Position numbers and translations under genes: made by a program. From Clostridia bacterium (GTDB lineage: Bacteria > Bacillota > Clostridia > TANB77 > RGIG9151), in contig JAFSUW010000007.1 of the NCBI GenBank assembly GCA_017450465.1, positions 6,247-70,246 on the forward strand: a stretch of DNA of 64,000 nucleotides, read 5' to 3'. Position 1 is the first letter of the stretch. Every line of letters begins with the position of its first letter. This document shows, piece after piece, positions 21,596-31,608 of the stretch. Below the pieces are notes generated by a model. It saw nothing but the letters and a program-made list of their open reading frames with translations, searched no databases and was not told the DNA's origin.

Positions 21596-21711
21596 AGAAT
21601 AATTCATACTTTAGGTTAAAGTTCCTATAAAAAGGAAATCAAATTGGATATAATGGGACCGGCTTTATATATATAAATTAAATTATTACACAAAAGAAAG
21701 GATGATTTTTT

Positions 21712-21909
21712 ATGAAGAAATTTGCAAAGAAATTAGTAAAAGGAAACAGAGGAGCATCAGAAATTACACAATCATTAATGCTTGCAGGAGCATCAATAGC
21801 ACTTGTAATATTATCATTATTCCCAAACCTAAAAACATTTACTTCAACAGCATCAGGAATGCTTTCAAGTTGGTTTACTGAAAAAGCAGTTACTATGTTT
21901 GTAGAGTAA
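21712..21909 (+). CDS. Candidate Flp-type (type IVb) pilin, atypical
   Basis: 65 aa. Basic leader MKKFAKKLVKGNRG, then hydrophobic ASEITQSLMLAGASIALVILSLF. It sits between the TadC-like and CpaB genes. The canonical G/xxxxEY motif is not matched (E at +3, no Tyr). Confidence 0.4.
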   Translation: MKKFAKKLVKGNRGASEITQSLMLAGASIALVILSLFPNLKTFTSTASGMLSSWFTEKAVTMFVE

Positions 21910-21925
21910 TTTGAGGAGAACAGTT

Positions 21926-22582
21926 ATGAAAAAAATAAATATAATAATTTGTTCATTAGTTAGTTCGATACTTTTGTTCTTTATTTTAACTGGAGTTCAA
22001 AATAAAATTATAAATTATGAGCCAAAAGGCAATATTTTTATAGCTGTTCGTGAAATAAATGCCAATCAAAAAATTACTGATGAAATGGTAAAAAAAGTTT
22101 TAGCACCAATTAGCATGATTGATGGAAATGTAGTTAGTCAAAAATTACCTGCTGATATTTATGCAAGAGAAAATATTCACATAGGCCAAATTCTTTTGAA
22201 AAATACAGTGGGTGGTAAAGAGGAGCTAAAAATATTAGACAAGGAGCTTGGTTACGAAACAATTTCTATAAAATTAAAAGGACCTGAGAACGCAATATCT
22301 TATCAAATAAAGCAAGGCGATAAAGTTAATTTGTATTTCACAGGTAAATATGTTTCAGCACTTAGTCTTGGTTTGTATGATGCTGAAAACATAGAAGGGA
22401 AAATGTATACAGCAAAACTCCTTGAAAATCGTGAGATACTCGGGATTTACGATGCAAATGGTGTATCAAGTAATAATGAAAGTTTCGTAAAACCTGATAC
22501 AATCGTAATGAATGTAACCTATGATGAGGCAAAACTAATAAACAATTTGAGAAATCAGGGTACATTTGACATTACGGGTTAA
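21926..22582 (+). CDS. cpaB: Flp pilus assembly protein CpaB/RcpC-like (SAF-domain)
   Basis: ATG 21926 after GAGGAGA. N-terminal TM segment (INIIICSLVSSILLFFILTG), then IFIAVREINANQKITDEMVKKVLAP, resembling the CpaB VxxAxRDIxAGxxIT region. Confidence 0.5.
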   Translation: MKKINIIICSLVSSILLFFILTGVQNKIINYEPKGNIFIAVREINANQKITDEMVKKVLAPISMIDGNVVSQKLPADIYARENIHIGQILLKNTVGGKEELKILDKELGYETISIKLKGPENAISYQIKQGDKVNLYFTGKYVSALSLGLYDAENIEGKMYTAKLLENREILGIYDANGVSSNNESFVKPDTIVMNVTYDEAKLINNLRNQGTFDITG

Positions 22583-22656
22583 TTTTAATGGTAGACTGTA
22601 AATTATTATTTGTTGGGGGGATATCCCCCAACAAATAAAACTTAAAGGAGGCATTT

Positions 22657-23790
22657 ATGAAAAGAATAATATTGCTAGTAGTTTTTATATTACTATTCCC
22701 CAAAACAATATTAGCACATACAGATATAGAAAATCACTGGGCACAGGATTTTATAATAGATTTAACTGGTAGAGGTATAATAGAGGGCTATCCAGATAAT
22801 ACTTTTAGGCCAGATAATAATGTAACAAAGGCCGAATTTGTAACACTACTAATTAAATCGTTAGATATTCCGGTTAAAGATAGTGAAGGACATTGGGCAG
22901 AGGGCTTTGTGACTGCTGCAAAAAATAAAAATATAATAGATGATGTAGGAAATCTAGATGAAACTATCACTAGAGGCGATGTAATAAGGATGATAGCACG
23001 TTCTAGTGACGCTAAAATAGATGTAAATAATATAAAAACAATATTTGTAGACACATTAAATTTAGATGAAGAATTACTAAAAAGCATAGAGATGTTATAT
23101 AATACTGGAATTTTAAGCGGATTTCCAGATAAAACGGTAAGAACTGCTTTTAATTTGACACGAGCAGAGGCGTGTACGTTTATTTGTAAACTGTTAGAGA
23201 ACAAAGAAAAGCTAGATACTTATAATTATGTAAAAAATTATTATGATGAAACAGTGTTTATAAGTAAAGAAGAATTGCCGCATAAATTAGAACTATGGAA
23301 GAATAGTCAAGGAGATAGTAGTGTAAAAACCATTATTAATTCTGTAGATGTGTTTGAATTTAATGCAGATACGAAGTATAGTGCTATTTTTGAAGAAATA
23401 AAAAATAGTGAGAACCAATATTTTGAGTATAGAAGAAAGAAGGGCACGGATAACTTTGTAATTGCTATAGAATTTGAAACAAAGAATGATAGTAAATACG
23501 AAACTGTTACGGGATATGATTACTTAAATGTATCTTTTCCAGAGGAAGATATAAAGATTTTAGATAGCTTTGACACAGATGAGATAGAAAATGCCAAAAA
23601 GAATATACCTTACGATGGTAAAAAGTTAAAGCAAGAAGAATCGCATAAGACAGTTGCGTTTTATATTGTAGGAAATAAACCAAGTGAAGTTATAAAACTT
23701 ACTCGTAATATAACTACTATGTATGATGAAGTGAACAAAGAATATGTTGATACAAATGTGTATAGCTCGTTAGTAATAGGTAATCTTTAA
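22657..23790 (+). CDS. SLH-domain cell-surface protein
   Basis: Signal peptide (ILLVVFILLFPKTILA), then three SLH repeats (HWAQDFIIDLTGRGIIEGYPDNTFRPDNNVTKAEFVTLLIKSL; HWAEGFVTAAKNKNII...; SGFPDKTVRTAFNLTRAEACTFICKLL). Confidence 0.75.
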   Translation: MKRIILLVVFILLFPKTILAHTDIENHWAQDFIIDLTGRGIIEGYPDNTFRPDNNVTKAEFVTLLIKSLDIPVKDSEGHWAEGFVTAAKNKNIIDDVGNLDETITRGDVIRMIARSSDAKIDVNNIKTIFVDTLNLDEELLKSIEMLYNTGILSGFPDKTVRTAFNLTRAEACTFICKLLENKEKLDTYNYVKNYYDETVFISKEELPHKLELWKNSQGDSSVKTIINSVDVFEFNADTKYSAIFEEIKNSENQYFEYRRKKGTDNFVIAIEFETKNDSKYETVTGYDYLNVSFPEEDIKILDSFDTDEIENAKKNIPYDGKKLKQEESHKTVAFYIVGNKPSEVIKLTRNITTMYDEVNKEYVDTNVYSSLVIGNL

Positions 23791-23816
23791 CAATTTGTAG
23801 AGAAAGGACTGATATA

Positions 23817-26800
23817 ATGAGAAGAATTATATCTCTTCTTTGTGTTTGCTGTACTCTTTTTTTAAGTGTATCAGAAGCATATATAAAAAGAGAAATAGAT
23901 TTAACTAAAGAAGAAATAATACCATTTAGTTTTTCTTCAAGTAAAGCAAAGATTGAAGAATTAATAGATATAAAAAAGTATAAAAATGTGAAAGTTTTAG
24001 ATACATATGTTGATAATGGTGAAATTGAAACGGATTTAATTGAAAATTTTATAGAAGTAAATCTAGACGATGGAGAATTTTTTTCTGGGAATAAGATTGT
24101 TACAAAAAATGAAACGCTATATTTGGAAGAGGAGCTAACGGATAAGCAAAGAAGGACAGTATTAGTGACGCCTGATAACGAAGTGGCAAAAATAATTGAT
24201 GTGGGCGGAGATTTTTCTAGTGGTAATGTATCAAATGGAGATATAGAACTAAAAGTAAAAACTGATGCAGTTGGAAGTATAATCGAAAGTGATACAGAAA
24301 CAGAAGTAAAGCGGGTAAACGTAGAAATCCCATCTACAAATAAAAATAGAACTGTGTATAGTGAGTATATAACTTTGCCTAATACTTTGGTTAATGCCGA
24401 AGTTTTAAGTGTAGCAGATGGTACGGCTAAAGTGTATAAATCTAAAAATAGTTTTAGGATATTATTTGATAATGGTACGCCTAATTTAACTGAAACAAAA
24501 AAAACAGATGGTTATACGTATTATTGGGCAGATAGAGCATTGGATGGGAGTTTCAAAAAAGAATATCCAAATTCAGTGTATAAAACAGATAAAAAAGATT
24601 TTTACGGTGAAGGTGAGTATATAGAAGGTAAAAAATCACTTGATGAGCTTATGTATAATGTAAGTTTTGAACCCTCTTGGAAAGACTATGCGGGTGTAAA
24701 TATAAATGGCGTTAAATATATGTATATATTTGATGACACAAAAGGCATACCCGATGTTAAAGATAGAATTTTATTAGATGAGGATAATATAACATTAGAT
24801 GGCGAGTGGTGTAATTCAGAAAAAATAAAGATAGAATTTACTGATAGTGAAATTAAATTTATACCTGAAGGAAAACTTTATAGCATGGGCGATATTGTAA
24901 AAAACACATATGGTTGGGGAGAAACTTACCCTAATCGTGATGATGAGAGTAAAGAAAGTTTTTTTAATACACTAACGGGTAAATTGGAAACGTATGTAAA
25001 GCATTTTAAGTTTTTCTATGGCCCTAAAGAGAAAAACACATTTGGTGGCTTTTTCACTTATCCGTATACTGCTCAAGTAGAGTATGAATATAAAAAACCA
25101 ATAACTGTTTATTCAGGGTATGTAACATATAGTTATGAGGAAGAAGAAAAGCAAAATGGCTATATGTACAATGGATGGGTAAAAATAAGTTATGATACTA
25201 CAAAATCAGTAAATGATTATCCACCAACGGCACCATATAATATACACTATAATGAAAAAGTTGTTTGGAATGCTGGTACAGACGATTATACTCCACAAGA
25301 TAGATTAAGATACGAAATAGAAGTTGAAACAGGTAATACGTGGCAACATCTTGATGAAACGGATTTTGGTGAAACAGAGTATGAATATGAAAATGGACAA
25401 GACCTAAAGTTTAGGGTTCGTACAGTAGATGAATTAAACCAAGTATCCGATTGGGGCTATAGTAATGAGGACGAGATAGAGCTTATTGGTAGTGTTACAC
25501 CGAACAGAATTTATAGCGGAGATAAAATAGATATAGAAGCACTCACTAAATCTTTAACAGATATAGTAGGAGTTCATGCTTCTTGTGAAGAGCTAGGTAT
25601 AGACGCATCATTAAACAAAGTTTCTGAATCGAAAGTTAATTTCAATGAACTTGCTTTTGAACTTTGGTGCAAATATAATACCTCAAAAGATTCAACAATA
25701 ATGGTGTATAACAGTATTCTTGCTAAAAATAAGGGTGATAAAATAGTTTCTTCATATTACACAAAGGGTAATTACACAAAGGAATATATGCTATATACAG
25801 ATTTGCCAGAAATATTTCCATTTGATGTGTCTGGTACAGTAGTAGTGCCAAATCAAAATTATGTAGATAATTCTATAGATATTTTTAAGGCCAATAATAA
25901 GTGGTGGTGGATTCGCGGTAGAAGTGTTTTGAGTATGAAGAACAAAAATACAAATTCAACAGAAGACTTTATCTATTTTATGAATGATACTGCTTCAGTT
26001 TCTGGTAGCTCAACTAGCTTAAAACTTAAGCCATATATAAAGGTTAATACCTTTGAATATACGAATAATAAGCCCAAAACAAAAAAAGTATACATAGATC
26101 CAAGTATAGCAGGTGATCCAATTTCTATACTTTGGAACACTAAAGATGGATTAACCAATATAAATATATATTTTGGAACAGAGTTGGTATATACATATGA
26201 AGTGCCTTTTTCTAGTATTGAGAATAACATAGAAGGATTTGCAAAATACAATATTGGGAAAACTGCATACCAGGCAAACTTGACAACTGACGGCTTTGCT
26301 ATACCAAGTAGTGGTAATTATTATGAATGGACGCAAATGAAAAAGATGGCAAATTTACTTGAAACCACATGGCTTGGTTATAAATTTACTGAGGATTCTA
26401 AGGGAATAGCACAAGATACTTTAGTGGCATATAACAATTTAGGAATAAGAAATGTAAATAGGATGTTATTTTTGGATAAAGATATAAGTATTTCTACATT
26501 AAAAAAATATTTGAATTTAATAAAAAGCACAAATATTTCAATAGACGAGGATACTAATGAGGGAGTTTTCGGAAGTCAAGTTCAAGAAAGAGAATGTAAT
26601 TTTACACTACTTAATGTTGATACGGCTAAAAACGTAGAAAGTGGAATTTATTTTATAACTCTTACCGCATATGATGATAGCGGCAATGAAAAGGTGGTTA
26701 GATTACCAATAGAAGTGCTAGAAAAAGAGGAAGAAATAGAAGATGAAGTTGCTACTCATACGACAAGTTTAGGCAGATTTTTTTATGATAAGTCAGGTAA

Positions 26801-27359
26801 CGGTTATGTAGAAGAGTTATCAAAGCCATATAAAAATCCTGATGGCGAAGGATTTATTTCTGCCGGGGAAACTTTATGTTTGGTATTAGAATTAAAAAAT
26901 GCAGAATTTATAGAAGTTAATTTTAATGGTAATGAAAGCATAAAAACTTATGATTCACTTACAAAACGTTTTATAGAAGATGAGCCGAAAAGACGTGGTG
27001 AGGATATAGGTAATATATCAGAAAACTATGAATTTCCTAGAACTATTTATCCAACGAGAGTAGATAGTGATGGTACAAGTAGATTTGTGTTTAGTTATGT
27101 TGTTCCTTATAGGACTAAGCAAAATTTAGAATCCTGGGCGACACTTCGCGAAAAATCTGGCGATGCAGAAACAATAGATAAATCAAAATTACTTAATAGG
27201 ATTTTTGAACCATACGAATTAGAAATAAAAATAAACGGAGAAGAGGATAATAAAAAGGTATACAGTTTTGATGTATTTGAACGCTGGGACACTATACTAA
27301 ACAGAAATGTAAGTAATTTAATATCAAATTATAATACGAAGTGGAGACTAAAATTATGA
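23817..27359 (+). CDS. Large secreted protein (1180 aa) with at least one fibronectin-III-like module; function unknown
   Basis: Signal peptide MRRIISLLCVCCTLFLSVSEA. FN3-like segment PPTAPYNIHYNEKVVWNAGTDDYTPQDRLRYEIEVETGNTWQHL ... LKFRVRTVDELNQVSDWGYS. No LPXTG motif. Its stop overlaps the next start in an ATGA junction. Confidence 0.6.
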   Translation: MRRIISLLCVCCTLFLSVSEAYIKREIDLTKEEIIPFSFSSSKAKIEELIDIKKYKNVKVLDTYVDNGEIETDLIENFIEVNLDDGEFFSGNKIVTKNETLYLEEELTDKQRRTVLVTPDNEVAKIIDVGGDFSSGNVSNGDIELKVKTDAVGSIIESDTETEVKRVNVEIPSTNKNRTVYSEYITLPNTLVNAEVLSVADGTAKVYKSKNSFRILFDNGTPNLTETKKTDGYTYYWADRALDGSFKKEYPNSVYKTDKKDFYGEGEYIEGKKSLDELMYNVSFEPSWKDYAGVNINGVKYMYIFDDTKGIPDVKDRILLDEDNITLDGEWCNSEKIKIEFTDSEIKFIPEGKLYSMGDIVKNTYGWGETYPNRDDESKESFFNTLTGKLETYVKHFKFFYGPKEKNTFGGFFTYPYTAQVEYEYKKPITVYSGYVTYSYEEEEKQNGYMYNGWVKISYDTTKSVNDYPPTAPYNIHYNEKVVWNAGTDDYTPQDRLRYEIEVETGNTWQHLDETDFGETEYEYENGQDLKFRVRTVDELNQVSDWGYSNEDEIELIGSVTPNRIYSGDKIDIEALTKSLTDIVGVHASCEELGIDASLNKVSESKVNFNELAFELWCKYNTSKDSTIMVYNSILAKNKGDKIVSSYYTKGNYTKEYMLYTDLPEIFPFDVSGTVVVPNQNYVDNSIDIFKANNKWWWIRGRSVLSMKNKNTNSTEDFIYFMNDTASVSGSSTSLKLKPYIKVNTFEYTNNKPKTKKVYIDPSIAGDPISILWNTKDGLTNINIYFGTELVYTYEVPFSSIENNIEGFAKYNIGKTAYQANLTTDGFAIPSSGNYYEWTQMKKMANLLETTWLGYKFTEDSKGIAQDTLVAYNNLGIRNVNRMLFLDKDISISTLKKYLNLIKSTNISIDEDTNEGVFGSQVQERECNFTLLNVDTAKNVESGIYFITLTAYDDSGNEKVVRLPIEVLEKEEEIEDEVATHTTSLGRFFYDKSGNGYVEELSKPYKNPDGEGFISAGETLCLVLELKNAEFIEVNFNGNESIKTYDSLTKRFIEDEPKRRGEDIGNISENYEFPRTIYPTRVDSDGTSRFVFSYVVPYRTKQNLESWATLREKSGDAETIDKSKLLNRIFEPYELEIKINGEEDNKKVYSFDVFERWDTILNRNVSNLISNYNTKWRLKL

Positions 27360-27856
27360 TTAAGAATAAAAATCGAGGGAGTATAGTTTTTATAGTGGTG
27401 TTAGTTATCTTACTTCTTATGGTACTGTTTACTTTTTTTACAGCGATTGTTTTTAAGCATAACGTTAATTTAGTACTGCATAATTTGAAAAATGATTTAT
27501 TCCTAATTAGTAGAAATTCAATATTTTCTATAGAAAAAGACATGATGGCTGAAGATGTGGATTTAATCAACTATGTAGACTTAAAGGAGTATATAAAAGA
27601 CGAGATAAGGTTTGCATGGGGATTAGATAGAAATTTAAAGAATGGTAAAGGTGTCATAAAAAGTGCAAAAATAGAGGACCTAGAAATATTAGAAGTAGGC
27701 GATAAAGATAAGACAAATAATAAAACAGTTAATTGTTTAACAGTTCATTTAATATTAGGTGTAAAAGTAAAACCAATAATTTTAGAAAAAGCGTTTGATG
27801 ACATTTTTTATTTCAAATTTCATGAAGACTTAAAACTAGATAAATTAGATGCATAG
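27356..27856 (+). CDS. Pseudopilin/TadE-like candidate (N-terminal hydrophobic helix after a basic leader), atypical
   Basis: MIKNKNRG|SIVFIVVLVILLLMVLFTFF. ATG 27356 after GGAG, with a 4-nt overlap with the upstream stop. No Glu at +5. Confidence 0.35.
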   Translation: MIKNKNRGSIVFIVVLVILLLMVLFTFFTAIVFKHNVNLVLHNLKNDLFLISRNSIFSIEKDMMAEDVDLINYVDLKEYIKDEIRFAWGLDRNLKNGKGVIKSAKIEDLEILEVGDKDKTNNKTVNCLTVHLILGVKVKPIILEKAFDDIFYFKFHEDLKLDKLDA

Positions 27857-27867
27857 GAGGAAGATGT

Positions 27868-28287
27868 ATGAAATTTAATAAAAATTCAGGCAACACGATG
27901 ATAGCTACGCCAATTGTACTGATTGTTGTATTTTTCATATTTATAAGTTTTGCAGTAATGTTTATACGTTTGATGGAGCCGTTTGTTATATATGAAAAGA
28001 TGTCATCATCATCTCTTAAATACATAGTTACAATGGAGGAATATGGCTATTTAACGGATAAAGAAAGAAGTAAATTAAAATCCGAATTAGTGGGCAAGGG
28101 CTTAAAAGAAGAAAATATAACAATACGTGCAACTAGTGAACTACAAGAATATGGGGACCCTATATCACTAATAATTAATTATAAACATAGCATGAAATTA
28201 CCAAGCTTTGAGGATTCAATAATACCTAAAATAAAGGAGCAGGAAATAAAGTTAAAGGTTTTTAAGCACAGCTTTAGTAAGAGGTAA
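27868..28287 (+). CDS. Pseudopilin/TadE-like candidate, atypical
   Basis: MKFNKNSG|NTMIATPIVLIVVFFIFISFAVMF following a GGAGGAAG RBS; 139 aa. Confidence 0.35.
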   Translation: MKFNKNSGNTMIATPIVLIVVFFIFISFAVMFIRLMEPFVIYEKMSSSSLKYIVTMEEYGYLTDKERSKLKSELVGKGLKEENITIRATSELQEYGDPISLIINYKHSMKLPSFEDSIIPKIKEQEIKLKVFKHSFSKR

Positions 28288-28321
28288 GGAATGAGCAGTA
28301 ATGAGGAGAAAGGTAAGACGT

Positions 28322-28948
28322 ATGCAGAAGATGTATAAAGAAGCATTAGAAAAAAGCAAAATAACTCAAAAGAGCAATAATAATATTCAATATGATGTAG
28401 GATATGACGTTAACGGAAAACCTTATATTGAAATAAAAAACGATATATTAGATGGAGTTCCTGAAAAAGAATGGGTAAAAAAAGTAAAAGATGTTTTGAA
28501 AGAAAAGTTTCCAAATGGGATTGATATGGAATTTTTTAATATCTCAATAACAAAACAAAGCAGAAATGAATATACAAATTCAAAGTATTCAAACAAATTA
28601 CGAAGAAATAACACTAATCTATTTGCAGACAAGATGAGAATGGCAAATAATGCAGATGAAATTGTACAAAATGCGTATAATGTTAGAAACGAGGATATTA
28701 AGCATTTAAGGAAAGATGATATCGTAAGCTTTAATAGAAGCAATATTGATGTAAAAGTCGGGAACCAAATGTATCAAGTAGATGTTGTTACAGGAATAAC
28801 TAAAAATAATAATGAAATATTCTATGATATTGTTAATATAAAAAAGAAGGTGCTCCAGAATACGACTAGTGTAAATAATGCACAGCGCAAGACAGGAACA
28901 TCTTCTATCAATAATATACAACAGAATAACAAATCTGTCAATACATAG
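28322..28948 (+). CDS. Hypothetical soluble Asn/Lys-rich protein
   Basis: ATG 28322 after GAGGAGAAAGG. No TM segment. Fragments of its 3' end recur downstream at 29060-29225. Confidence 0.4.
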   Translation: MQKMYKEALEKSKITQKSNNNIQYDVGYDVNGKPYIEIKNDILDGVPEKEWVKKVKDVLKEKFPNGIDMEFFNISITKQSRNEYTNSKYSNKLRRNNTNLFADKMRMANNADEIVQNAYNVRNEDIKHLRKDDIVSFNRSNIDVKVGNQMYQVDVVTGITKNNNEIFYDIVNIKKKVLQNTTSVNNAQRKTGTSSINNIQQNNKSVNT

Positions 28949-29059
28949 TATTCCCAGAAGGTTAAAAATGATACAGCAATTAACACTTTAGTAGGGTACT
29001 CACAAAAAGTAAACAACTTGAAAAAAATTCAGAGAATAGGAAAAATCCATCAAAATAAC

Positions 29060-29225
29060 AGGATAGTATATCTGTCAATAAATGGTATTTAGATTCAAAA
29101 TTTGTTTTATGGTATTATTGAAAAATAGAGACATTACTTTATAGGTGAACTGCAAAAGCAGACCCTAAGGAAAGCAATGTCTCTATTAATAATATACAGC
29201 AGAATAACACATAAGTCAATAAAAT
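29060..29225 (+). pseudogene. Remnant 3'-end fragments of a paralogue of the 28322-28948 gene
   Basis: 29165-29222 translates to KADPKESNVSINNIQQNNT*, against the intact gene end TGTSSINNIQQNNKSVNT*. A second short match is ATCTGTCAATAAATGGTA at about 29068-29085. Confidence 0.45.
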
Positions 29226-29234
29226 AGATATCGT

Positions 29235-29263
29235 TTGATATTATGTCAAACCTATGCTATAAT
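29235..29263 (+). promoter_or_regulatory. Candidate sigma-A promoter TTGATA-17-TATAAT for the U32 gene
   Basis: TTGATA at 29235-29240, a 17-nt spacer, TATAAT at 29258-29263, and AGGAGG 6 nt before ATG 29284. Confidence 0.5.
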
Positions 29264-29283
29264 ACAATCGTTAGGAGGAGCTT

Positions 29284-31608
29284 ATGAAAAAAGTAGAGTT
29301 ATTATCCCCTGCTGGTGGATATGATTGTTTTATAGCAGCAGTTGAAAATGGTGCCGATGCGGTTTATTTAGGCGCGAGTTCTTTTAATGCAAGAAATTTT
29401 GCAAATAACTTTACAGATACTGAACTAGAAGAAGCAATAAATTATGCTCATGCGAGAAATGTAAAAGTGTATATTACGCTTAATATTTTGTTAAATGATG
29501 ATGAAGTAAACGACGCAGTTTCTTTGGCAGTTAGGTTACACAACATGGGCGCAGATGCTTTTATAGTTCAAGATATTGGCTTAATGGATTTGTTAAAGAA
29601 AAATATTCCTAACGTGAATATACATGTAAGTACACAGGCAACTATTTATAGCAGTGAAGGGATAAAAGCGATTGATAGTTTAGACGTAAGCCGTGTGGTT
29701 TTGGCACGTGAATTATCCTTAAAAGAAATAGAAAATGTTTGTAAAAATACAGATAAAGAAATTGAAGTTTTTATACATGGTGCGTTATGTGTTTGTTATT
29801 CCGGACAATGTAGATTAAGTAGTATGGTGGGAGAACGTAGTGGCAATAGAGGGAAGTGTGCACAACCTTGTAGACTTCCATATACAATTGTAGGTAATGG
29901 CAAAGAAATAAAAACAAATTATGCTTTGTCACCTAAAGATTTGTGTACACTTTCGCTTTTGCCAGATTTAATAAAAGCAGGTGTTACTTCATTAAAAATA
30001 GAAGGCAGAATGAAGTCGCCTGAATATGTGGCATGTGTTACAAGAATTTATAGAAAATATATCGATTTATATTATTCTGGCAAAGAATATAAAGTTGATG
30101 AAAATGATATTTTTGACTTAAAACAAGTGTTTAACAGGGGTAATTTTTCAACTGGATATTTTATAAAAAATTTAGGCCCAGATTTAATGGCAACCAAAAG
30201 GGCCAAAAACTGGGGTACGTACCTAGGTAAGGTGTTAAATTACAACCATAGGAAGAAGTTTTTAATAATAAAACTTGAGGAAGACCTTGCTGAAGGTGAC
30301 GTAGTTGAAATATTATCTGGTGAGCCAGTTAGTAATATTGTTACATATATAAATGACGGAAAAACGCAGGTAAAGAAAGCATATAAAGGGCAAGTTGTAA
30401 CAATTGGTGATTTTGAAGGTAATTTTGAAATAAACCAAGAAATTTATAAGATGTCTAGCATTGAGCAACAAAAGGTGCTTCGTGAAAGTTTTAATGGAAA
30501 GTTTTATAAAAAGATTCCTGTTACGTGTAGTATAACTATAAAAATTGGTAAAAATGTAGAATTAGAAATGACTGAAGGGAATAACACTGTAAAAGTTGTA
30601 AGTGATTTTATTGTAGAAGAGGCAATAAAACATGCTACAACTATTGAGGATGTTGAAAAGTCACTTGGAAAATTAGGTGATACGCCATTTATTTTGAGTG
30701 ATGTAAATATCGGTATGCAAGAAGATAGTTCAGTGCCCCAAAAAGTATTGAATGAACTTAGAAGAAATGCGGTAGAAGAACTTATAAAATTAAAAACTTC
30801 TATTCCACATAAGGTTGAGTTTGAAAAGATAGAAGAAGTAGAAGTTAATAATGTAAGTAGAAAGCCAAAAATATCCGTTTATTTATACAATACTAAAAAC
30901 TTAGGTGGCTTAAAAGAAGCGGATAGAGTATATGTTCCTTATTTTGATTATATAAATAACAAAGAAGAAATTTTATCAAAACTAGAGGGTATAGAAGTAA
31001 TACCTTATTTAAGACCGATAACTAAAAATGTTACATTAAAGGATGAAGTTGAAAGTATATTGGTTGCTAATCTTGAGCACATAGATATTTTTAAAAACCT
31101 TGCAAAAAATATTTATGGAGATTACTCGTTAAATGCGTTTAATTCGCATACTTGTTTAACGTACAAAAAGTTGGGGCTAAAGGGTATAAATTTATCGTTT
31201 GAACTTAATCTTGAACAAATCAATAATATAAAAACTGATTTAATAAAAGAAGTAACTGTCTATGGTACTTTGCCACTTATGATAAGTGAGCACTGTGCTA
31301 TAGGAAGCGAAATAGCAAAGAAAATAGATTGTGGACTATGTGAAAAAGGCACATATGAATTAAAAGATAGAACTGGTGCGAAGTTCCCTATAATTACTGA
31401 TAGAGCAAATTGCAGGAGTATGATATTAAATTCTAAGAAACTAGTTTTATCTGATGCGATTAGTATTATTGAAGATGTAGATTTTTTAAGATTATATTTT
31501 TATGATGAGACAGAAAGTGAACGTGAAAACATTATAAAATCAATAAAAGAGAACAAAAAAATAAGCTGTGCTAATAGCACAGCAGGGTTATTCTATAGAG
31601 TTGTGTGA
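29284..31608 (+). CDS. Peptidase U32 family protein (long form with a DUF3656-type C-terminal domain)
   Basis: VELLSPAGGYDCFIAAVENGADAVYLGASSFNARN N-terminal U32 signature and Cys-rich CVCYSGQCRLSSMVGERSGNRGKCAQPCRLPY; 774 aa. Confidence 0.8.
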   Translation: MKKVELLSPAGGYDCFIAAVENGADAVYLGASSFNARNFANNFTDTELEEAINYAHARNVKVYITLNILLNDDEVNDAVSLAVRLHNMGADAFIVQDIGLMDLLKKNIPNVNIHVSTQATIYSSEGIKAIDSLDVSRVVLARELSLKEIENVCKNTDKEIEVFIHGALCVCYSGQCRLSSMVGERSGNRGKCAQPCRLPYTIVGNGKEIKTNYALSPKDLCTLSLLPDLIKAGVTSLKIEGRMKSPEYVACVTRIYRKYIDLYYSGKEYKVDENDIFDLKQVFNRGNFSTGYFIKNLGPDLMATKRAKNWGTYLGKVLNYNHRKKFLIIKLEEDLAEGDVVEILSGEPVSNIVTYINDGKTQVKKAYKGQVVTIGDFEGNFEINQEIYKMSSIEQQKVLRESFNGKFYKKIPVTCSITIKIGKNVELEMTEGNNTVKVVSDFIVEEAIKHATTIEDVEKSLGKLGDTPFILSDVNIGMQEDSSVPQKVLNELRRNAVEELIKLKTSIPHKVEFEKIEEVEVNNVSRKPKISVYLYNTKNLGGLKEADRVYVPYFDYINNKEEILSKLEGIEVIPYLRPITKNVTLKDEVESILVANLEHIDIFKNLAKNIYGDYSLNAFNSHTCLTYKKLGLKGINLSFELNLEQINNIKTDLIKEVTVYGTLPLMISEHCAIGSEIAKKIDCGLCEKGTYELKDRTGAKFPIITDRANCRSMILNSKKLVLSDAISIIEDVDFLRLYFYDETESERENIIKSIKENKKISCANSTAGLFYRVV

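Noticed and set aside
21600-21711. Promoter for the pilin candidate (TGGATATAAT at about 21645-21654).
   Set aside because: A -10-like hexamer is present but there is no convincing -35, so it was not called.
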